Shown: one piece after another, positions 53,101 to 64,000 of the stretch
Layout of the letters: the number at the start of each line of letters is the position of its first letter
Numbering within the stretch: position 1 is the first letter of the stretch
Assembly: GCF_964204645.1 (NCBI RefSeq)
Contig: NC_134027.1
Location: forward strand, 22,282,560 to 22,346,559
Length of the DNA: 64,000 nucleotides
From: Tubulanus polymorphus
Lineage: Eukaryota; Animalia; Nemertea
Direction of reading: 5' to 3'
The notes under the pieces: model-generated
The model's database searches: none
What the model was told of the DNA's origin: nothing
What the model saw: the letters and a program-made list of their open reading frames with translations, nothing else
Translations under genes and position numbers: made by a program

Positions 53101-56100
53101 GATTGGTCTGGAATCGATATCAAATATATTACTTCACAACGCCATCGGGTCGGATATCAAACCGTCGCTTTCTAAGGTCAAACGAGGCTGTAAACTCGGT
53201 TTTCAAGGGATCGATATTTTTAATGAGCACTATATTCGCAGAAAAGAAGGGAAGGCGTTGTAGACGCAGTAAATATTTTTCGGACTCCCAAGAATATCGG
53301 TTAATGTGAGTGGAGGAGGGGGATGAGAGGGGAGAGGAAGAGGGGAGGGGTTAGAGAGAATCAGGAGTGGATAGACATAGAACTATCCTTACTCAAAGTT
53401 GATGCGTATTTAACTGTTTAGAAGTATGTTAGCATAAATGTTAGCTTAATACTTCAACCTACTGCAGTCCATTAGACTGGTAACCCCCTCGTGTCGTGTG
53501 ATTTATATTCAATCTATTTCGTAGAGCTTGACGGCTTTCGTGGTAGGGCTATCACATTAACCCTCTCATAAATCATTTGCGATATTGCTGTAATTCCGTA
53601 TATGGAATATAGTGATATTGAATGCTGAGACGGTCAAAATTGATTGGATTCTTTCAGTGTCATTGGGACGATCGCGGCCACGATAGGAAAAACGAAACGT
53701 CAAGTTCATTACATCAATGGTGGCAAATGGAATTCTTCATGGCTGTAAAAGCGTGGTACCGGCTCTCCCGCCAGATGGCGTGCCATAAAGTCGGACAATA
53801 ACTTCGTTACGTTTTCAAATGTTCTTATTTTTCTCCTTTGTATACAAATGTGTGAACAATATGCCCGTTAATAAAAATGGTCGAGAATAATAAAACTACG
53901 CAATCTAAATCATCAACTCGTTCCTTTTCGATTCACTGTAGTTAAATTTTGAATCTATTCGGAATATTTGGCTTGTTGTGTGGCAACGTTTTTCTTAACC
54001 TGAAATCCCAACATGAACGCTCCCTTTGCCTGATATAGCTATTTCCGAAATGGATAAACATCTTAAAGATAATTACCCTTCTCGCGACGAGTTGGATCTG
54101 TATTATACAGTTACTATCGCTATAATGCCAGTATATTTCACTTTTCTAATCTACGTAAATATCGATTCGTCTGCACGATTTCAAATCTTGAAATAATTAA
54201 TAGCAGGCAGCCGTCAGTCAAAAGCCACCGCATGAGGAAATCGTTGAAACACCCACACAAACCAAAACCACTAAAAATCACTCTACATTACAGGAAACAG
54301 TACGCTAGAATATTCTTTCTGACCTTTGGACATCTCCTTTGTATCGTCCGTATAATATTTTGTGCAGGGTATAGTGGATTTTTTTTTGCTATGGCAGTTT
54401 CTTTAAACAGATGACGAGAAGAGCTAAACAATGTAGCACGGCAAGGGCCTTAAGTCGTTGCAACGTAAAACGCAGATTTATGAGTGAATTTAGATATCTT
54501 GAAGGTCTATTAATTGGCGACCACATGTGCACATATGTATTCCTACTGCAAAACCTAAAGCTCCTCTAAGAAAAACCACGAAACAAGAAGTATCTTTTGT
54601 GCTTATGACGAGTTTGTTCCAGGGTTTAGTTCACCTAATATTGCACACGCTGAAAACAAGAAACATAGAAAAACATAAGGCGTCAGATAGCGAATAGAAA
54701 AACAATCATTATTAATCACAATCATGGTGAACTTCGGTCATCGGAGTTAGTCGACTATAGTCGAACTAAACGAAACCGAATGTCCGTTAGTGGTCCAGAA
54801 ATGGTCGACTACGCAATTGAGCACGGTCGCTATAGTTCGGACCTAGGTTCAAGATGGCCGACACTGTGAAATACGTTAGGATCGAACTATAGTGTGTTTG
54901 GTTATTAGTTCCGACCACTAGTCGACTAGCTATGAAAACCGGCCTAATGAAAAGTCGGCCTAGAATGACGGTGATACATGTCATGGGATTCGCTCATTGT
55001 CACTGATTGGATAGTTTTTCAATGGGTTCTTCTTTATCGAGCAACTCTGATATAGCACACCATTATCAAAACAAAGTTTCGCGAGATAATGTTTCCGGAA
55101 TCCTCGATATTTGCGCGAAACGATGCGCGCAGTGTTTCATCTCCATTTTATACTGTGTGCGCTAGGCCTGACGTATCCTTCTTCTTGGGGGTTTTTGTGA
55201 AGGATTTACAATTTACAGCGCATTTGGTTTCATAATTTTCATTTGCAATGAAAAAAAGCAAAGAGTGGTTTTTAACTGAGCGATATACCGCCACAAGAAT
55301 TTCCGGCACATCGTGAAAGGAACTTAGAAAAAAGATACTTAGGAGCGATCCCTTCAATGTGAATCCCATGGGGTTCTTCGATGATTTTGAAAGTCAGTAA
55401 TCCATATGTCACCATGAATATACAAAGTACAATAATTTCTTTCATCCGTCAATAACAAAAATAAGTTAATTACAAATGTACTAAGTAAGTATACAGATGG
55501 GAGGAGCCCGAACAGAGCAATAAAATTTGTATATCAAAAAAGGATTGTCTGACATAACACGACGTAAAAATGAAATGCGATCCATTGATGCAAAATGGAA
55601 AATGAATGGATAGCAAGATTAACATATTGAATGAATCGAAAAGGTTGCTTTATAGTGTACGGAAGTTGTACGAGGGAAAGACATAAGTCGAGAAGATACA
55701 CAATATCTGTGTTTAGATGAATATTAGAGAGAAATCCAACAATAGATTCAGCTAAGAAGAAGACTGCGTAATTGAATGACTGTAATTTCGAGCAACGTTT
55801 CCTCTTAAGACTATTAGCCATCATCGGGCGTACTGAGAACAGAGTAAATCTTATACAATATATAAATCAAAGGGACTGGAGTGAGTGGGCGATTAAAAAG
55901 TTGAAAGAAGTGCAATTGCGTTAGATTACTTTGATCTGTATCCAACCTTTCAACTTTTTAATCACTCAGTATTAATATCCTGTCAATTTACTCAGTACTC
56001 AGTACGCCTGATGATGGCTAAGAGTCTTAAGCCGAAACGTTGCTCGAAATATATATTCATATACGAATTCAGATTTTTTTTTCTTTGGCTGAATTCATTG

Positions 56101-58512
56101 TGGAATTTCTCTCGAATTTTATTTTTATGTTTAAACAGATGAATAATCATGTCTTGGTTGTTGTTTTTTTTTCGCGTGAATTCTAAAGGATGCGCGTTAA
56201 GTTTTCGTTATCATCTATCACTTCCTGAATCAATGAACTCGAGGATAATCCTATTCACGAGGTTTCGACGTCGAGACTATAATCCCGGTTTGATTAATCA
56301 TGCGACATTCGAGTATTAACATTAGAACCCTGATTCAAATCCGAATTCAGGCATTTTTGTCTTATACGAAAAGGTGTGAATTGACCTATACTGAAAATAT
56401 TGGATTGGATATATCCACGATATTAAAGACATACAATGCAGTTTTGAGGCGGGAGTTCTGAGGTTCACCATAGTCTCTGTCGTATAATCTTGGATAGATA
56501 TTAGCCTTGGCAATCATCTATCCAAAATAAAACAGAATTTTGTGAGCAATAGAAATATATTCTAAATTCTATTCTTGCTATTCTATTCTAAGGTTGATTA
56601 ATGAACTCATATTGATGATGATTAAATAGATTCATTTTTCTAAGAGTTCGAGGTTTTAACTAAATCTCATCGTCAGAGAAATGAACAGGACAACTAACAT
56701 GAATGTTTATTGGCGCCTCGAAAAATAACACATTGCTTAATATTGTCTACAATAAATAATGAAATATAGGTTATATGATTTTATATCGATAATTAAATTG
56801 AATTGAATTGACCGGTAACCAGTCTAGCCCCGATATATCGATGACGTAGTGCACACATCCCCTCAAAGATAATGATTAGAATATATGAAAAATGAAATAA
56901 GAGTTATGAAATGATATAATATTCAATAACTAGGGGTCTAGGGACACCACGCCCACTTGGTAAGTGGTTTAAAATGCTCAACAATCTAACACTTTCAATA
57001 TTCAACGCCCCCTGGTGACCATATACAAAAACTAATGACCTTGAAACTCACAAAAAAATATAGAATATGTCAGCAGCTATGATTTTTTAATTGATTGTGA
57101 TATCAAAATATGCCTCGTTACCAATTTAATATGGAAATAAATTTTGGGCACTAAAACGGCCATCTTGAGTCCGTTCGACCAAATTTTTCTAATGCTGATG
57201 GGCCCTTGGGGGATTCAAATATATACGAAAGAACAAGGTAATTGATCGAAGCGTCTTCAAAATTTCCCTCCAAAAGTTCAAAAATGTGTTAAAAGTGCTG
57301 ATTTTGGCGAACAACAATGGCTGCCAGTCGGCCCTCTTGATTCTGACAGAGCCAGCTTTTGGGCTGAAGATGTGTCTAGGGTAGGTACATGTGTAACCCA
57401 AATATCAAGACATTACATTGAAGCGTCTTCAAAACTTCCCAAAATAACTGGGTTCCGTCTATGGATGGACGGACGAACGGACGGACGGAAGACGGACGGA
57501 AGACGGACGAAAATTGAACGCAATAGCCCGCTGGGACTAAAGTCCAAAGTGGGCTAAAAAAATAATCGCCAAAATCCACATTTGTAATTATCATTTTCAT
57601 ACGCCAATATCGATGACGTAGAGAACAACGATTCACACAGAACCCCTTAATTGTATATAAACATTATTGTAAAGGCTTTTACCGAGTCAGAAATCATCTT
57701 CGTTTTATTTCCATGTATCAGGGACGGCACGATTCATATGGTCGTGATATAAACAAATGACTGAGCATAAGTCGATTTAGAATTAAGGTCCGTTAATCAA
57801 ATCGCATATTTCCCGTTAGGATATTCGGGCTCTACTGTGGAATATGACCATATCCCTGTAACGTTGATATATGGATGAAACGAATTCGAACGCGGTCGAT
57901 TAATCCCAGCACGTTCTCTTCGTCGAACCTAATGACGACAAATATATCATTAACGAGACGTTTTCGAAGACCGGGTTTAAGAGCGCGTCACGTTGAAATA
58001 TCGCTCCTGCGGAAAAATTGTAAATAATGCATTTTAAAGCTGTTCCAGATATTCGAAGTTAGAAAATGCATAATATCTGATTTTGAGTTAATTAAGACGT
58101 CGAGTTAATTCTATTCCGATGAGAGTTGAGTGTTTTTTTTTATAGAATTGATGATCTACTTCTTGAGTTTTAAGACTCGCCTAGTTTTTTTTTACACAAA
58201 CAGTCTGCGAGTAATAATGAATCCTAGAAATATCTTCAGTTGTTACAGCCGCGAATAGAAGACATATCCAACTCGTTTCTCTCCCCGCCGATATTAACTA
58301 TCAAGGATAATGGATATAGGCCTACAATGAGTAAAAAATGTCAAGTTTCTTTGTTTGATGTCGAATGAATGAACTATCGCTTCCGCGTACCAGTTAAAGT
58401 TAGTACAAGATTCTATAATCCCTATCCACGAATTTTACTGATTCGATAAGAATATTTACTTACCCATGATAAGCAGTAATAACACTGCAATGCTTGTATG
58501 ATATCGAGCCAT
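50159..58512 (-). CDS. Secreted beta-lactamase-fold pseudo-enzyme with five C-terminal BTRD1/polyglycine-hydrolase-type repeats (621 aa; exons 58512-58464 and 51975-50159)
   Basis: 623-codon ORF with class-C beta-lactamase-family motifs (DPRIRDITVMQLLYETAGWD, PGKKFKHS, IIEDVTGISYEEYVKRHILIPFGM, AAGG) and five ~50-aa W..H/QG/D...GY....Y.....FSAV repeats. Phase-1 acceptor ttttatag at 51976 fits the phase-1 signal exon MARYHTSIAVLLLLIM|gtaagt. The large exon is firm; the exon-1 link is inferred. Confidence 0.8.
52155..52333. mobile_element. Palindromic Penelope-like terminal remnant
   Basis: ataaagcgaaaaaaaccacaataag...tctgacgtttcgactatgagctattttcaaaatc is inverted to gattttgaaaatggctcat...gtcgagacgtcaga...cttattgtgggtttttcgctttat. 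Confidence 0.55.
55700..56135. mobile_element. Inverted pair of Penelope-like termini, each with a hammerhead-like core
   Basis: Plus strand 56001-56049 agtacgcCTGATGAtggctaagagtcttaagccGAAACgttgctcgaa; inverted degenerate copy at 55786-55835; flanks are also inverted (agaaatccaac..attcagctaagaa / ttggctgaatt..gtggaatttctct). Confidence 0.65.
56930..57562. mobile_element. Non-autonomous element with internal (GACG)n microsatellite, inserted into an older repeat
   Basis: Splits the inverted copy of the 1-590 repeat; GGAC repeats at 57463-57510; ends ggactaaagtccaaagtgggctaaaaaaa (small hairpin + A run). Confidence 0.5.
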
Positions 58513-59918
58513 TATTTCAGAGACGGCGCGGATGAGTGTAAACTGTTGTCTATCATCCCACTACAACTCAGCGCACCGACGCCTGGACTTATGATCAGGC
58601 GGCGGTGTACGCGAACACTAAACTTACGATATAGTTCCGGAGCGATTTTGAAGGTGGCTACAAGCCTGGTGACCCTCACACTTTGGCCGTTGGAGCTCAC
58701 CGTTCACTCCCTCCCTAGCCACCGTATGAAAGCGTGCCTTTCCTTACTCTTCAGCGTAAGCCTACTGTACTCACATCGAGTTAATAAATTGGCCAACACA
58801 CATAGATATTAACACTAGGTCGCCGATACGATATACATAGTGATAACGATTCTGCTATTAAATGTAAGGAATGTTACCGTAAATTGCCCCTATTATCGTC
58901 CCTTCAATTTGTCCGCTACATTTTCGACGCAAGGTCTCGTCTTTGGTCAAACCCGCGGCTTCCGAGTTTCCATAAAAACCCGCGGCTTTAAATCATTCAA
59001 ATACGAAAAAAAGTCTAAATTGAAATTGATTAATCATGAATTTGACTGAATGCATAACGTTTGTTTGGTGGATCTTTACGTGTTGTTCTGGTTATTCTGT
59101 ACCCGGTACTTGCCGGTGAGTTGGCCCTAAATATTTGATTTTTTTCTTTTAGAGCCAGGTGTATTCAAAACTCGTCGTATTGCCCTTTTTAATGTCAGCG
59201 TGTTTATGCGTCATCACCTAAATGTTCCTCCTTCCTTTTTCACACCCCTGCCAATCGCTATGACTCGTCGCAAAGGCGGCGCATTGCTTAGATTTACCTA
59301 AGTATCGTGTTAATTTTTTGTTCACTTTTCGATTGAAGAGAAGAAAGAGACGACCGTTCAACAGCTTCGTCAATTCTTGAATGACATTGGCGTCCACTCC
59401 CTAAATTTGGAAAGCGGAATTTATCATACAATCAATAAATTACTCCGGCAATTGAGGCTTACAAGATGCATTAGCGTGCAACATTGAGCTGTGTGGGTTG
59501 GTCCAGCGAATATACCGAAACATTTGTTAAAACCCTCAGAACTTTCACGAATGTACCTTTTGGGCGTATCTTTTACACCTTTAGCAAACTTTCTTTTAAA
59601 CAAAGCTACCGAAAAAGTTTTTCGTTAAGGGGCAGGAATTTGGTTGCTGGAGCCATTTTTTGACGATATAAAATGTAAAAACCAATAGGGTTCATCATAA
59701 ATCCACAGATCAAGTATGAAGAAAATTGATCTGATACATTGTAGAGCGGTAACATGCTCGAAATACTTTAGACACTGATATAACTGTGGTGGCCATATTG
59801 GATAATCCAAATGCATCAACTATGCATCAACGTATCCATTTTGGATAACCTTAACGACTTGCTTAATAATAAGGCATTTCATTGGCTCAGAACTGCTTGC
59901 GTTGCAGAGAAGTTGGCG

Positions 59919-60895
59919 TTATCTCCTTCGGATGCGCAGCAACTTTATTTCACGTCTAAATCTTTCACTGTAGACGTAATAAAATATGCCGTTCACAGAC
60001 GAATTAAGGGCTTGGAAAACATCATTAAAAAGCAAAACCGGCCACACAACAGACCACGTCAAGTACAAGATCAAAATATTGTATGTCATTTCTGGAAAAA
60101 CAGACACCATGAATAAAGCGGATGCAACAAATACCATTCTGTGACCAGTTTTATCTTGTTTAGTTTTAGTCGAGCCGGCGCCGGTCAGTTGTTTCCTGTT
60201 TCGCGCGTGAATTCGTAGTTGAATTATCATAATCGTATTCAGTAGTGGTATAAGAACGAACGGTATATACGTGGTCGTTATGTTTTCTAACAAATACGAA
60301 TATGCGGGGCAGTGTATACCGGTATTGCATCGCGGATAGACAAGCCGTACGTACATGTCGTGTTGACGTACGCAACAATTCGATTTTGTGCGCGGTAAGA
60401 AATCAAGCCAGTCCACATGATTACACAAACCGCAGAAAGTATGTAACAATGTTTCAACTTCCAATATCGTTTAGCTTTGAGCGGAAAACAAATGCTAAAT
60501 GCTCGATCGAACGTCACTAAAAGCGTCAGGCCGTTACGAACGTAAGAACCCCATTTTGAGATTACGTTACCCGCTATATAAAGCTCAGGGGCACCCATAC
60601 CCCAGTATAAGTACAGTCCGATCCTTTCGTGGCGAATAAGTTTCAGAACCCAGGTAAAATGGTCGTAAATGATGATTGCCATGCAGCTGACAATGTCAAA
60701 AACGGCGAGTAACAATAAGACGATATATGAAGTCGTGGAGCTATTCATCTTGTGGAACCGATAAAGAACAACTATCGTAACGGAATTGGAGACTAGACCA
60801 AACCAACCAATCGGTCCTATTATAGTCACTGTGACGAGATGCCAATATACGCTAATGCGAGGGAAACATTTCTGCACAAACGAAGCGTTTAACAT
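59919..60895 (-). pseudogene. Full-length rhodopsin-class GPCR with a single frameshift near 60300
   Basis: ORF 60895-60287 gives TM1-TM4 (GLVSN, LLAVFD, TFDRAFSICFP). ORF 60464-59919 supplies TM5-TM7 (YIPFVLIPLLN, SVFPE, NSSVNGIFYYVYSERFR). May be a sequencing indel rather than a true pseudogene. Confidence 0.8.
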
Positions 60896-62617
60896 TTTAG
60901 CGAGTGCGATGCTGGGACACGCCTATAGTTCTTGAAGAATCAATTAGAACATATACAGTGTAGAAAATCATACACGTACTAGCAATTTCCACTACAGAAT
61001 GTGTTGCAAAATATAGGCCCCGTACGTTTGCTCCCGAACCAACGATATACTATGTATCGATCGATGGTGGTTGAATCTACACTGTCTTATTCGAATTTCA
61101 ACGAAAAATCAAAATGCGTAAATATTAAGTTTGTCTTAGCAAATCTAAACCAGAAAATCATTTATAGATATAGATACTTGGACACCCCGAAAAAAACACC
61201 TTAACTTTAATCCTAATCCTAACCCTTCATCTAATCCTAATCTACACCGATCGACCTTGCCCTACCCTACTCCATCAATTCCTACTCCGCTCCTCTCTGT
61301 CTTACCCTAATACCAGCAGCTGATAGTTTTGGGGTTTATCTCAACTCAATCATCAGTTCAGATATAATGATTATCATATCAATTTTGTTTCTCTGTTGAT
61401 GGACTCAGAAACTGTCAGAAAAAAGAACGTTCTAATCATAATCTTTTTGCTTGCCGTAATAGGTTTAAAAAATGTTGAATTGATAAAACACCCGGATGAA
61501 TAAGATGAATACTCGGTTCGTACGTTCAAATTAAACAATAATTTCAAAACTCGTGTAACCAGGGACTGCAGGTTGTCCAAACGTCGTTAAGAGTAAACCA
61601 GCGGATAGTTGACATAGTGACAACTAAAACTGAATTGTTACTTTGGTATTCATCCACTGGTTATCTTTAACCAACTTTTGAGCAACTGCAGCCCGAGTGT
61701 AGAATTTATCACATGCTAAACCTAATAAATACTTTACATTAGTAGCGAGAGCAAACAATTTTACAATTTACAATGGAAAACTTTTTCCACATCGTGGAAA
61801 AACAGTCGGACATGAAAAGTGAGAGTTAACTTCGTACGAGCCAATCTAAACTCAGGGCATCTTCAACCGTCAAGGGAATATTCGAACTCAGCCGTTCCCC
61901 GCTAGTCGAAGCGAGCTCGGCAGCGAAACCGTACCCCTGGGGCAAGCGAGGGGGTGAACTCATAGGGCTGCGTATCCCGATGTTACAATTTGAATTCTCA
62001 TGGTTTCACAAGACGGACTAGTTCTTCTCGAAATGACTTCAAATTCACTATATAATGAAAAAAATTCACAGCGCTATTCGTGATCCTTAAAACACCCCCA
62101 ATAAGGTCCATCATCCTGTTGTATTTGATATGGTAGATACTTCAGTACGTCCAAACGAAAAAAAACGTCCAATTTTCTCTGAAAGTTCGTTTTGGCGTTC
62201 TGGCGTTCTGGCGTTCTGGCGCCCTCATTTTCATACCAGGAATTTTACACTATGGCCCTTATCAGCCACCATACCATGCAGAAATGTATGTAGATATTGA
62301 ACCCGTACCAAACACCGTTCTGCCAAGTACGAGAATGATGAAACATGCGATAAACTGTAAGGGTGTCGTCTGTTGAGTTTGTACTGGTAACTGCCATCTC
62401 ACAGAGGCTACAGTATCCCACGATGCGTAAGTATCACTACTTTGTTACCCAATGGTTCTAGCACTTTTCGAATTCCAATCCAATTAGTTATCGAAACAGG
62501 TTCCGTTAAAAAAGCAGAGTATACTGTGTGTGTGCATAAATCCCACACTTATATAACGAAAGATATTAAGTCCGAAATGTTTGATTTCAGCTATGAATTT
62601 ATTCATCCGACGTTTAG

Positions 62618-63118
62618 ACTACTGTCTGTCACACCTCCTCTCCATGCAACGTTTTGGTCCGTTATTTCGTTAATAATCGGTTTATCTCTTAATATAATAC
62701 ATCAGTTTGTTCAGTGAAGAATTTAAATTCAGAAATAAACTGGCATAGATTTGTTTGTATTGTCATCTATCAGCGATATTTTACCTAGCATACGCTCGCG
62801 TAATGCTGAAAAACGGATTTTATGGCCCGTCACGGGGCGCCACCTACTGCATTTTGATATGCTAATGAGCAGGTGATGACGTCACAGTAACGTTTCTGAG
62901 CGTCCGCGGAGCGGATTTTTCAGCATTACGCGAGCGTATGCTGAGTAAACTATCGCTCATAAATGAAAACAAAAACACCTTAAGTAAAAATTGTTGTTTA
63001 TTTCTGAATGCAAATTCCTCACTGAACAAATTGATGCATAATGAAGGTAGATAAACCGATTATTAACGAAATTACGGACCAAAACGTCGCACGGAGAGCA
63101 GGTGTAACAGGCAGTAGA
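62618..63118. mobile_element. Foldback/MITE with ~200-bp inverted arms
   Basis: acgttttggtccgttatttcgttaataatcggtttatct / agataaaccgattattaacgaaattacggaccaaaacgt, and agcatacgctcgcgtaatgctgaaaa / ttttcagcattacgcgagcgtatgct. Confidence 0.8.
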
Positions 63119-63231
63119 GCAATTCTATGATGTAATACCCCTAGGTTTGCTTCAATTGTAACTACTTAAACTGTCGCTTTGTTTCACTCAGTGCTCGCCG
63201 AAGATGACTATTAGGATAAAGTCGAAACATC

Positions 63232-63612
<381 letters not shown>

Positions 63613-64000
63613 ACCATAAACGTCGCTATGTCAACTATCTACTGGTTGACTCCAACCAACCTTTCAGCAACTAGAGCCAGGGAGGCATTTTCTTTTAATC
63701 TCTGTCAATAGTGTGATTTTGACCAACGCGCCAGCAAAGTACTTAAATGCCCACTGGCAGTATATAAACCCAATCAATGTCAGACATGGCAGAATCTTTG
63801 AAACCGATGGAGCAGTAGAGTGCTCAGGGTACAGGCTGTAAATAGATTTTAGTAGTTTCGATGTTTTGAAATCTTTTTCGATCCTGTGATTGTGGGGGAA
63901 GATATCGAATGTCAAATCTGGTGGTTTACATTCTTGGATTCTCTCAGGTTCAACTGCATAACGAATTTGCTTGTTCCGACTTTATTTTGCCATTCGAGAA

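Overview
AT-rich, intron-containing, repeat-dense animal genomic DNA, most consistent with a marine invertebrate (lophotrochozoan-like; the taxon cannot be fixed from the sequence). Most ORF-track entries are spurious, so gene models were built by hand from GT-AG splice sites with consistent phase. Coding content: (1) a minus-strand family of secreted PAN/Apple + GON-domain genes, with one complete 5-exon copy (27481-20575, 299 aa), one copy running off the left edge, and one orphan last exon; (2) a 7-exon type-I membrane protein (19679-15663, 258 aa) with an extracellular PLAT/LH2-like domain, Thr-rich stalk, TM helix and ITIM-like Tyr motif; (3) a bacterial-type beta-lactamase-fold protein with degenerate catalytic motifs, fused to five polyglycine-hydrolase-type (BTRD1-like) repeats, on one 1.8-kb exon plus a probable separate signal-peptide exon; (4) four rhodopsin-class GPCR loci (one intact, two frameshifted, one fragment); (5) an orphan Ly6/three-finger terminal exon. 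Non-coding content: a 3 x ~1.29-kb tandem array carrying an atypical tRNA-Val(AAC), Penelope-type hammerhead-ribozyme termini and palindromes, LINE remnants, MITEs, a ~1.2-kb inverted duplication and micro/minisatellites. All domain calls are by-eye motif recognition, not database searches.
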